From Chara braunii (lineage: Eukaryota; Plantae; Charophyceae), in the NCBI GenBank assembly GCA_003427395.1, contig BFEA01000006.1, forward strand, positions 301,551 to 365,550: a stretch of 64,000 nt of DNA, read 5' to 3'. Position 1 is the stretch's first letter, and each line of letters begins with the position of its first letter. Shown here piece after piece: positions 50,720 to 63,024 of the stretch. The position numbers were made by a program, and so were the translations under genes. The notes under the pieces were generated by a model that was given only the letters and a program-made list of their open reading frames with translations, made no database searches and was not told the DNA's origin.

Positions 50720-51622
50720 CTCCTGCCGGCCTAAATTCGAGGTCCTCTGAGAATACTTCAGTCTAAGGCAGGACCTTTACTCTTCTTATCTCTTTCGTAG
50801 GCTTGGACTATATCGGGCGCTGTCTCTAGAAGTTCTGTTCGTGTGAACCAGCGGTCGTCGTCTCGCTCTTAATAGGCAAACCTGACTTTGTACTGTTTCT
50901 GGGGACGATCTCTACCTCCTGTCCTGAAGACATCCTCACCTACTATCCCTTCAATGTCATATCTTCCATCCATATCTGGAGGAATCATAGATCTACGTGA
51001 TGGAAGCTGTTGACTTGTGACGCAAGGCAACAACTTTGACGCATGGAATACTGGGTAGATGTGGAGGTGTGCTGGAATCTCAATAGTATAGGACGGCCCA
51101 TCCTCTCCGCTCTTCACTTTTAAGACTGGCCACGGTCCTCTATACGCAGGTAGTAATTTTTGTGAGATGTTCTCCTCAGGAGCAAACTCTTTTGACTTAA
51201 CCCAGACTAAGTCGCCTACTTGAAACTGTGAGGGCCGACGATGCTTATTAGCTTGCTCTATCATTCTATGCTGGGCTTTCCTGAGGTTGTCTACAACGGT
51301 AGCTATCTCTTTCTCGTGCTGTATCGCAAATTCTCGTGTACCGGGCGGTAGCCTCTGGATCTGATCCCCGTTAAGTCCCTCGAACGGTCTCCGCGGTCTA
51401 AAAGACTTGTGTAGTTTGTTGGGGGTGTGACACGTAGATAAGTGCACACTATTATTATATGCACTGGCTGCCTTAGGGAGCATCTCATCCCAGTTGATCT
51501 GGTCGGGCCTAATGTACATTCTAAGAACTTGCTGCAGGAGCTTATTCATCTGTTCAGTTTGATCGTTAGTCTCTGGATGACGGCCAGATGACATCAGCAA
51601 CTTTGAGCCATAGACTTTCATC

Positions 51623-51797
51623 CATACTTGCGGCGCATTAGTGCGGTGCGCGATGCGGTGCGCTGCGCCGTGCGGCATGCGCGTGGTGACACCGCGCGCG
51701 CATGTGCGCGCGCACGCGCACGAGGTGCGCCGTGCGCGCATCGCATGGGGACGCGTTACCACTGCAAGGTGCGCACTGTGCGCGATGCCTATTTTCG

Positions 51798-51853
<56 letters not shown>

Positions 51854-53577
51854 AGAACCGTGTGCTGACACTATCAGACCGACCGAAGAAACCGCCCTTA
51901 TCAACGGGCAACATGAATCTGGAAGCGGGACGACATGTACAAAGGACAAAAAATATGGTGGTGTATCTTTCCGTGTTCTGGCGGTAGATTCATTCATACG
52001 TTGGGTGGTGGAGAGCGAAGGGCCGATGAATCACGTAAGCACGTAACGTATCTCTGGAACCTTTCTTTTTTTTTTTTTGGAGAATGGGCCTCGCCACACC
52101 TATCCCGAAAACATCGATTTGGAGAGAAGCATCGCCATACCAACTCTCCAAAATCGGTGTCAGAAAAAAATTGGAGAGCGTCCAGAACGTGGGTTTCGGG
52201 AGTGCTCTCGAATTTTGTGGATCGCCCCGCCTGCAACACACCGGTTTTGAGGAGTGGTCCGAGGCTCCTCCGATTTCGCCCCCAAATTGGAGAGTGCGCC
52301 TCGACCGACAAATGTCTGCTGCCACCGTTTTGTCTGGGTTCGCCACACCACTCTCGAAATGTGAAAAAGACAAAAAATGTGGCGGGTGCATCTGGCCATG
52401 TTCTAGCGAGAAGTTCATTCTCATTTTGCACATTTCGAGAGTGGTGTGGCGAGGCCCGTCGTCTGCGCTCTCCAGAAAATTTCGGGCCTCTTCTGAAGAA
52501 TTGGAGACTGCCACCTTGGAGAGCGCAGTGTGGCGGCGAGCCCTCTCGAACGGAAAATTCACATCCTCCTTGTTGGAGAGTGCTCCTGAACTTTTTTGCG
52601 TTTTCGGGATAGGTGTGGCGAGGCCCAATCTCTGAACAAATGAGACTGAATCCTCCGCTTGAACATGGAAAGATACATTGCCATATATGTCTTGTAATGC
52701 ATGTCGAGAGTAGTGCGGCGAGCCCGTTGGTAAACATTACCGTTGATGTTCTGACAGGTTGGACGCACCGGGCTTCACTCGTGCAAAGAGCTGTTCTTCC
52801 TTTACGTTTTTTTCCTTTTATTAAACAAAAAAAAAAAATCAGGACAAACGGCTGCCAGTTCCGTCGTTTTCTACGTCAGAAGTAAGGTCCTCGCCACACC
52901 ACTCTCGAAATGTGAAAAAGACAAAATGTGGCGGGGGCATCTGGTCGTGTTCTTATGGGAAGTTCATCCCCATTTTGCAAATTTCGAGAGTGGTGTGGCG
53001 ATGCCCTAATACGAAGAGAACGTTTTGAGAGATCGCGACCCTCATCATGACTGAATCTGGCCTGCAAGAACCCTACCATACAGACTGCAATTACCGTTGA
53101 GGTTCTGACAGGTTGGATGTGCCGGGCGACACTCGTGCAAAGAAATTCTGATTTTCTTCCTTTAGAAAAAAAAACAAAAAAAACATTCCAGGAAAAACGG
53201 TTGTCAGTTCCGTCGTTTTCTACTTCTGAAGAAGAGAACGTTTTGAGAAATCGCGACCCTCATCATGACTGAATCTGGCCTGCAAGAACCCTACCATACA
53301 GACTGCAATACCCTACCACACACACAGAGTGTTACCCGAACTACAGGTTACTAAAAACTTTCAGGCCAATGCGCGGCCTNCAAAAAAAATTTGGCTGCCC
53401 GTTTCTTATTTTACGCGAGCAGGGGGCTGGGTCTACTACCGCCCATCACAACTTTTTTTTTTTTTTTTTTGACCCCCATTTTTTTTGGTGCCTTGCATGC
53501 AGTGCGCGCGCGTTGTGCGGGATGCGCGGTGCGGCGCACGTTCGCAGTGCAGCGCATCGCGATGCGCCGCATGTATG
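51623..53577. mobile_element. Non-autonomous hAT-like DNA transposon inserted in the integrase of element 2
   Basis: 8-bp TSD CTTTCATC (51615-22 and 53578-85). 16-bp TIR catacWtgcggcgcat with GC-rich tgcgc subterminal repeats. Removing it rejoins integrase ...FTSQN*QELMKVYGSKLLMSSGRHPE. Confidence 0.9.
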
Positions 53578-55292
53578 CTTTCATCAGTTCCTGTCAGTTT
53601 TGACTGGTGAACCTGGTGTCTCTCTCACTTACTATCGACAGCGGTATACCATGTTCACTGACCCAATGATCAAAGAACTGAACAACTAAATTTGTTCGTG
53701 CCTCTGCAGGCAGAGGAACAAAAACTGCATACTTGCTAAATCTAGCAACTATAACCATGACTTGACTTTTGCCATGCCTACTCTTGACTTGAGTATCCAT
53801 AAAGTCAATGGACACAGAATCTCGAGATCTGTCAGGAATAGGCAAGGGTCTGATAAGACGAGAGGGGCTTGCATAGTAGTCTTGTTTCTTTGACAGACTT
53901 TACAACTACGCACGTACTCTATGCAGTGGGCCTTCATTCCAGGCCAGATATACGCGTGCATGAGGTTGGCTAGTGTCTTTTGCCAACGAAAGTGTCCCTC
54001 CGTGTCGTGGCATTCCCCTAGGATCAAACTACAAATCTCTTCACTGTTGGGAACGCACAGGCGGTCAGCTACATTAGTCTTCTCGAATAATAAGCGATCA
54101 ATAGTGCGGTAGTCTGGTTCAGACTCTGGAGCTTCTCGAACTTTCTTGAGGAGGTCACTATAGATTTGGTCCTGTGCATATGCCTCTCTAACTTTCTGCT
54201 GCAGGTCTCTCCCTATATCCAGATAGTGAACTATTGCCCCAAAGTAATCAGCTTTCCTACTTAGAGCATCAGCAACTACATTGTACTTCCAGTTTACTGG
54301 CTTAAGTTCGAAGTTATACTGATATAATTCAGCGGCCCACCTAGTAAGTTTAGGTGTCATCTTGGCTTGCGTATTCAACCACCTTAGGGTCTCGTGGTCT
54401 GAATAGACTTTGAAGTGCCTCCCAAGTAGTGCTTCCAATGATCTAGTGCCTCTCATAGGTTGATGTCGCTACCTTCTCTGAAGGCATCCTTGCAAACATG
54501 AACTCTACGGGCTTATATCCATTGCCATCGTCTTGCTGTAAAACAGCACCTATGCCATACTGACTTGTGTCGGTGGTAACATCGAAAGGCAGGGACGGAT
54601 CGGCTACCTTAAGGACTGGATATTCTATCAGAGCCCGCTTCGATCTCTTTAGGGCAGATGTGCAGTCTTTGTCCCACTTCCAGATTGCTTCTTTCTTTAG
54701 CAACCTGCGAAGGGGTGCAGCGATGGTGGAGAAGTTCCTGACAAACTTCCTATAGTAGTTAGCTAGGCCTAAGAACGATCGCAACTTTGTCAGTGTGCGG
54801 GGCGTTGGCCAATCTCTAATCGCTGCGATTTTACTGTCTTCAGGTCTAACGCCGTCTCTGTCTAAGACGTGGCCTAAGTACAAAACTTGGGTCTTGGCCC
54901 ATTCACACTTCTTCGCGTTGATCTTGAAGTTAGCTTCAGCTTCTCCAAAACCTGCCTCAGATGACGCTCATGCTCCTGGAGGGTCTTGCTAAAGATTAGG
55001 ATATCATCTAGATACACTACCACGAATCTATCTAACCATGGCCTAAACAAATCATTCATACAGCGCTGGAATGTAGCTGCGGCATTGGTTAGTCCAAAGG
55101 GCATAACTACAAACTTATAGTGCCCATATCTAGTTCAGAATGCTGTCTTATACTGATCATCAGGGTGAACCTCTATCTGATGATAACCGGACTTTAAGTT
55201 TATCATCGAGAAATATTTGTAGCCCTGCACCCGATCCAACAAGTCATCTATACGGGGCAGTGGTTCTGCATTCTTCTCTGTAATCGCATTAA

Positions 55293-55563
55293 ACCACCAG
55301 TACCTGGCCCAGCTATCGAGTCTGAGCCTCGGCCGACCGGTACGCCGATCCGTGCCGAGGCTCGGACTACCGGGCGCAGGCATCCCGAATGTCGGAGTGA
55401 AAGAACGAAAAAAACGAAAAAAAAAAAACGAAAAAAAAACGAAAAAAAAACGAAAAAAAAAAACGAAAAAAAGTATGGCAGTGTATATTCCCATGCTATA
55501 GCGCCAGGTTCATTCGATTTTGCTCATCCTATGGAGGGCGCAGTACCATGAGGCCAGCCGCGA

Positions 55564-55594
<31 letters not shown>

Positions 55595-55641
55595 GACGCG
55601 GCGACTTGCACGGAGGGGCGCGGCGAACTCGCCGCCCCTTG

Positions 55642-55681
<40 letters not shown>

Positions 55682-56133
55682 CAACAACAAGTAAGGCAAT
55701 GTATATTTCCAGCTATAGTGCCAGATTCATTCGATTTTGCTCATCCTAGCAAGGGCGCAGTACCATGAGGCCAGCCGCGATGAGAGAGAGAGAGAGAGAG
55801 AGAGGCGGCGACCTCGCCTTTCTCTCTCTCTCTCACACACACACACACTCACACAAAAACAAGTAAGGCAATGTATATTCCCAGCTATAGCGCTATATTC
55901 ATTTGATTTTGCTCATCCTAGCAAGGGCGCAGTACCATGAGGCCAGCCGCGACGCGAGAGAGAGAGAGAGAGGCGGCGACCTCGCCGCCCCTCTCTCTCT
56001 CTCTCTCNCACACACACACACACACACACTCACACAAAACGAGTAAGGTAGTGTGTATATTCCCACGCTATAGCGCCAGATTCATTCGATTTTGCTCATC
56101 CTATCGAGGGCGCAGTACCATGAGGCCAGCTGC

Positions 56134-56183
<50 letters not shown>

Positions 56184-56433
56184 GGCGACCTGCACGAAGG
56201 GTCGCGGCGAACTCGCCGCCCCTCTCTCTCTCTCTCGCGCGCGCGCGACTTCAACCTTTTGTCCGTTCGTTTTTTTTTTTTCCGTTTGTGTATTTGTTTT
56301 TTTTTTCCCCTTCTTTCTTTTGTGTATTTGTTTTATCAAGTGTGTCGTTCGCCTTCCCTTGAATGACTCCCCTAGGGCTGCGGCGCGTATACGGGAGTGC
56401 CCGCGGCCCATAGCTGAGCGAGGTACTGGTGGT
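55293..56433. mobile_element. Non-autonomous TIR transposon (ACCACCAGTACCT termini, TTAA TSD) inserted in the RT of element 2
   Basis: TTAA at 55289-92 and 56434-37; 23-bp imperfect TIR. Excision plus removal of one TTAA restores CIDYRGL-NAITEKNAEPLPRIDD. Four internal ~180-bp tandem units. Confidence 0.92.
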
Positions 56434-59400
56434 TTAAGACCTCTATAGTCTATGCACGTGCGCAGCTCGCCCTCCTTCTTCGGGACAAAAAGAACAGGTG
56501 CTCTAAATGGAGATGAATTGGGCCTAATCCAACCCTTTTCGAGAAGCTCATCCAATTGCTTGCGCAACTCCTTTGGGGATATTCTGTACCCAACACCCTT
56601 GGGAGTCCTACTGCAAGGCTCTATCTCTTCCAATTGCTTGCACAACTCCTCTAACTCCTTTGGGGACATTCTGTACATAGCACCCTTGGGAGTCCTACTG
56701 CCAGGCTCTATCTCTATGAGATGCTGGATTGGTCGCGGTACTACTCCTGTTGGCGGCGCTTAGCTAAGTCTGTAAACTCCTCCAACAGCTTGGCAATAGC
56801 AGGGTCTATGGGTCTCTCTTCCTTAGGCTCATTGACTGGCCTAATGTAGGCTACGAAGACCTCTTCTTCCAATTGCTCCTTCCTCACCAATCATACGAAC
56901 GCGGGAGCACTGAGGCAGCAATGTGCTAGAGAGTTGTCTACTCCTGACACATGAAACAGACGAGCCGTCTTAACTTCGCCTGTTGGACTAGGGAGCCTAC
57001 ACTCATGCTCTCTCAGGTGGAGTGTGACTCCTACTGCCTCTCCCGAGTCCATTGCGAGTACAATATCGAAGGGGAGGCTGTCCTCTACGAGGAGAGTCAG
57101 GGAATGGAGGACTTTCTCCACCTTCCCATCCATCTCTAGGCGAAAGTACGCCTCGACTCCTTCTACATAATCCTCAACTCGCATAGTGCGATTGTCTTCA
57201 AGGATACTAACTACATGGTCTTCCAACTTTTGGACCTTTAAACCCAACTTCAACTTCTGCAACGCCTTTCTACTAATATAGCTGCGTGTAGCCCCACTAT
57301 CTATAAGGGCCCCTACTCTGCCCTCTAAAAATCTCTACATTTACTAAGACTAGTTGTCCCTTCGCATCCTTCTTCATCTTGGCCCAGGCAGGCATCCTCT
57401 CCTTCAATTCTTCTGCCACGCCTGTGAGGGAAGTGCCTAAAGAGACTCTAACACAAGCAGTCTCAGGACAACTATCTAGGCACCGACCAACAACCTCTGC
57501 CATAGACACATGTGGTTTGGGAGTTTCTATGTGGTGCGCGCACTCTTCTCCACATGGTCTAGGGATAGGGGCAGTTGCGACCCCTACCGGCGGTTGCCTT
57601 TTGCTGCCTGTGGAGCAAATCGGGCCTCTGTGTACTGAGGGCAGTATTTAATGATATGACCAGGATCACCGCAATAGATGCGTTGATCCTAATCGATCCT
57701 CCTCTGGCAAATTGTTTGTTCTAGGCCCAAATCTTCCCAAGGCCTGCCCTGTGGTAGATCAGGGTGCCATCCACCTCTCCTATAAGGTGACCGATTAGAA
57801 CTAGAGCGGTTTTGCGAGGGACCTTGACCCCTACCTCCCTCTTGGCGGCCTCCTCTACCACCAACCCCCTGGTCGCCCTGCCCACGACCACCAGAGGCTT
57901 GGCCCCCTTGGCCCTGGCCTCTCCCTCTTCCTTGTGGCCTCCCTCCAGCCGTGACAGCAGCATAAGTCCTCCCCTGACCTACACTACCGTCATCCTCTTC
58001 GAGGCCCCATTCTATTTGATCATATGGAACCTCTTCCATACCGCCCTCATTTAACGTAAGGATTAGGTGATCCTTGCCCTTAACCTGACCTGAGATGGTA
58101 CGACCTTTCCACTTCTTTCCCTTATCCAAGTCCTTGTGCCAGAAAGTGGACTGGACCTCATATGCTACCACTTCCCTACTCAAGGTATTGTAGGTTATGG
58201 TAGACTCTCCACTCCTCTCAAAGAAGTGCCCGCGCAAGGGTTCGGGCATGGCACGATAGAACAGGTTGACTAACTGGGTCTCAGTGACCCCATGATCAGG
58301 AACGACGACCAACTCGTCCATGACACCCTTGAGTGCCTTGACACTCCTCCACTGGCGGGAATGAATGGTCTGCAGTTTGTCAGAAGCTCTGACGCTTCGT
58401 GTGACATCAGCAAACCTTTCACGCAGTAACTTGAAAAACTCACTAATGGGAGTGATTGCAGAATAGGCAACCATATCGTTATCACACTTGGCGGCGCGGC
58501 AAAGCGACCAGGCGAAGCTCGCTGCTTCGTCCCTAAGCGCATGGAAGGCTATGAGCACATGCTCGCCAGGAGATATCTTTTGGAGATGCACGCAGGAGTT
58601 CACATTGGCCTCCAGTTGTCAAAGTTCTCCTTCTTCCCACTCTAAGAATCAGGGAACTTAACCTTAACAGGCTCTCTATGGGGGCGAGCTTCTTCCTCTT
58701 TGGGTGCAGCCAACTTTGCGCTTTCTATGACGCCGGTGCAGAATCGCTCTGTGCTCTCTAATCTCGCCTGTACTTCTGAGCCCACGTGCATGATCATCTC
58801 GCATGCAAACTCTCTAAACCCCAATCGAATTGATCGTAGGGCTATGTCCCGACTCCTCCCAAACAGGTATTGCTCCTCCTGAGCCTGTGCTAGGCGTTCT
58901 ATATTTCTCGCCATCACTTCTATTTTTCCTTTCAACTCCGCCTGTGCCTCCATCTGCACCTTTAACTGTTTTACCTCCTCCAGTTCCCTTGCCGCCTTAC
59001 TCGCTGCCTCCATTCTCTTCTTCCTCTCCCTGGTCAGACGCAGCTTCCACTCTAGCTTTTTCTCCTCTTCTATCATCTGCCGCTTGAGGGAATCTTCCTC
59101 GGCTTCCAATTCTTTCACGACCGCCTCCTGTTCTTCCCTGGGGACGTATAACATCGCCGCCTCCTCTTCTCCCAGAGACAGATTGGCAACCTATTCAGAA
59201 ACCTTCTTCTCCAGCCAAGAATCCTCTTTCTTTGTGCCACTTGTCTCGCCTCTGTCCCTAATACTTCTTCTAATCAGGGGCACTTCTTCTTCCACCTTCT
59301 TCTCCTCTTCTTCTTTTGCATCCACCGCTTTCATCTTTTCTTCCTCCTTTTTCACTCTTTCTAACTCCAACTTCTTTCTTTTCACGGCCTGCTCCTGTAG

Positions 59401-60602
59401 CAAGGCCAACTTCTTGGCCTGCTTCACAGCCTCCGTCTGCTCTTCCTCGCAGCCTCCTCCTGCTCCTGGGTGTAAGGAGTGGTGCTAGATCCACCCCTCG
59501 TCTCTACTCTACACATCATAGTGTTCCAGAAGCCCAACGGGAAGAGGAGACGCCAGAGGGTCCCCCAGAGGGAGAACCCCACGAGCAGGACGTACATAGG
59601 GTAGTCGTCCATGGTATCCGGTGCATGACAGTGACTGTCCCACTCCTCACCACTTAGACCTACCCACTGAACTGACTGACTGACTCTCTAAGGACCACAG
59701 GATCTTGATAGAATCCTGTCAACTATGGTCACTAGCCTGTAACTAATACTATGGCTGTCACTACAGGACTTACTGCCGATCAGGAGGCATTTAAGGAGAT
59801 CCCCCATAACTCCTCATGAATTCTTTAACGTCGCAGACAGGACGACGTGATCAGAAAGTCCTCTCAAGACTTAGACAGCCCGTTGTGCAGCCCACAGCTC
59901 GGATTTTGGGCCTACTGTGCCACACCGAGCAGCCTGCCCGTCTGTACCAGTCCTTGGGAGGGTTCGTGTCCTCTGGGTCAGTCGAGTCGTCAGACACAGC
60001 CTTTAGCCCTACTCAGCCCGTGTGGGGGTTTGGTCAACGTGGCTCCATCCTTCATACACGGAGTTCCAATCACCTGGACAGAAGAGACTCAATGCAGAAA
60101 GAAGAGACAGACAGACTCAGCAAGTACCATGGGGTGAGTGCACATCCATAGGGCGAGGGAATAGGCTGAGGGCTTGGCGAGATTATACCAACTCCAGCTT
60201 GGTCAATTTCGTAGTCAACAGCTCCGGTCAATGCCTTGGTCAACTCTTGGTCAATGCGGTTACCCCTGGGTCAACACTCTGGTCAACCCCTGAGTCGAAT
60301 TTGGTCAACTTTGGTCAACGCCTTGGTCAACCTTCAGCTTGGCTGTGGCTGCCGACACCTTCTCTTTCTCCCTCCTTTCTTCTCCCTCACTACTCTCTTC
60401 ACCCCAGCTATGTCTTCCTTCTTCTTCGTCGTCTCTCGCTTCTCCTTCCTCGGCTATAGCTTCTTTCTTTCTCTATAGCTTCTTTCTTTCTCATCCTTCG
60501 TCTCTCCCTTCTTCTTTACTCGTCTTCTTTCTTTCGCCTCCGTGTCCGGGGTCCGTGGCTATGGTCGCCTTCTTCCTTGGACCGCACAACAATCTTCTCT
60601 CG

Positions 60603-60678
<76 letters not shown>

Positions 60679-60679
60679 N

Positions 60680-60751
<72 letters not shown>

Positions 60752-60901
60752 CTTTTCTTTGTCGTCCTCCTCTTGCAGGTACGTGGCACCTCACTTCAGT
60801 GGCGCAGCTATGGCGGACCTCCTCCTTCAATGGCGCAGCTACCTTTATGGCGCCCAGACAGCGACGGCGCGTGGAGTAACGGGAACCAGCTCCGATACCA
60901 A

Positions 60902-61884
60902 TGTAATCAGACTCGCTTTCTTCTTCACTTCGCATACATGCCGACAGATAGCAATTCACACTGGCGCCAGGTGCCCACTCAAAGCTCAGAGATGTGGAAA
61001 CCAAGATCACAGTTCAGATGCAAACTCGCCTCATCCAGCTATGGCGCAACAGCGCCCGTACACCCAACTCTCGTCACTGTGTCCAACACCACTGTTCGCA
61101 CGTACTCCACTCTGGATCCCCCTGAATACTCCACGCACCCGTACTCGGTCTCACGCACACACACACACTAACCTCTATCTCTAACCTATGGCGGCTATGG
61201 CCGCTCGCTACTACTACTATGGCTACGCTTTCTTGCCCACTTTGGCTTAGGGCGCTCTGCAGACCACCTCGCACAAGACGCTGGGGCAGCGCTTCCGCAT
61301 GGCCTATACAGCGAATGAATGAATGGCTGGGCTCTGCCTCTTGATTTATACTTCTGTGACTCGTTGGTCTGCCCTTTTCCCAGGCCCTTGGTGCACACAG
61401 TCCCACACGGTACTTGCTTGACTGGACTCTGACTGACTGGGACCGGTACTGCTGACTGCATGGGTTTGCACTGCCAACTCGATGCAGTCGCACTGCCGAT
61501 GTAACACAGTTGGGCTCACCACTTGCCCACTTGCCTCTGGCCAAACGTGAGGCAACTTCGAAAGGCCACTTCCGGACCTTCCGGAAGTCTGTGGACTTGG
61601 CCTTTCGAGTACTGTGCAGCTACGACCTTGACCTTTCGGGACTGCAGCAGCTACGACCTTGACCTTTCAGAATACCTACAACTACGACCTCTGCAGAGCT
61701 GTGACTCCTAATTGACAGACCTACAGATCAAACCCCTACCACTACGCAGACCTACGACAGCTGACAACCAACTACCAAAGCACAGGTCACGGGTTCAAAC
61801 ACTCGGGGGTCGACTCGATACTGTACATGGGAATGGAACTCTACGGCCCGCATCTGTGACTGTAGAAAGGTGAAAACCATTTCA
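60902..61884 (-). repeat. 5' LTR of element 2
   Basis: Adjacent to the PBS and colinear with 49743-50719. Confidence 0.9.
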
Positions 61885-62489
61885 TGTCAGTGTTGGGTCT
61901 CTATCTGGGTGGAAGGTTTTCAAGCTTGGGGGCGATTCATCTCTCATTTCATGCACACTATCCCGTCAGCACACCCACATTTCACTTCTGTTCAACATGA
62001 GTGAACTGGTGCTGTGGTATGAAACTGGTTTGGAACGTTCGATGTAGAATCAAAAGAGATTGAAGGTACTGATAATCTAATAGCTGCTACTGATGCCGCA
62101 CTCTGACGCCACATGAAAAGAATGCTGCTGGGTGGGGCCCAAAAAAAAGGACCAAATGAGTTGCCAGTTGTGGCAAAAAAGAAAAGGCCACCATAGCTAC
62201 CAGCCCGGGGAGGAGGGAGGGGGGGGGGAGAAAAAACCTACTGGGCAGTGCGACTAGTAGCAGCCGAGTCCCAAAGAGAATGAGGGCCAACATGGAAGTG
62301 TAATGCTCCCTTTGCCCCTGCCCAACCCAGGCACAGATAAGACACACACACACACACACACACACCAACGCACGAACACAACAAACACAGAAACACAGCC
62401 TCCTGGTAAGTCTATGTATTTCCGACGAACAGCCTGGCACAGTCATGCTGTTTCTGTGGAGCAGTCCTCAGTGAACATGGCAAACACAT

Positions 62490-62533
<44 letters not shown>

Positions 62534-62562
62534 GCACACACACAGACACCCACACACACACA

Positions 62563-62640
<78 letters not shown>

Positions 62641-62641
62641 N

Positions 62642-62710
<69 letters not shown>

Positions 62711-62796
62711 AGAATCTAACGTGATCACGTGAGGTATGGGGGAGCTGAATTGTATATGATTGAGAGACTGAGAAATGGTTCAACCATTGGAGCTGC

Positions 62797-63024
62797 ATTG
62801 GTATTCTTACAGCTTTCTTAGGTTCTACTATAGCCCTTAGTCAAATTGATCTAAAAAAAAGTTTAGCTTATTCAACAATTTCTCAACTTGGATATATGAT
62901 GGTTGCAATGGGCATAGGATCATATAAAGCTGGTTTATTTCATCTTGTAACTCGTGCATATTCAAAAGCACTTTTATTTTTAGGATCTGGTTCAATTATA
63001 CATAGCTTAGAGCCACTTCTAGGT
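62797..63024 (+). pseudogene. ndhF: Plastid ndhF fragment (NUPT)
   Basis: AT-rich stop-free frame [76 protein letters not shown] matches NdhF (LAYSTxSQLGYM, [19 protein letters not shown]). The conserved His of THAY is Arg here. Confidence 0.88.

Larger units (their letters stand above)
49743..61884 (-). mobile_element. Full-length but disabled Ty3/gypsy chromovirus LTR retrotransposon (element 2) with two nested DNA transposons
   Basis: LTRs at 60902-61884 (5') and 49743-50719 (3'). PBS TGGTATCGGAGC on the - strand at 60889-60900; purine tract next to the 3' LTR. gag ~57689-59612; protease ALIDSGATRSYIS ~57272-57311; RT ([27 protein letters not shown]), RNase H, integrase and chromodomain YDIEGIVGE...QYKVRFAY. 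Confidence 0.95.

Noticed and set aside
51869-51885. CACTA-like terminus inside the hAT-like element
   Set aside because: No matching TAGTG TIR partner or 3-bp TSD was located.
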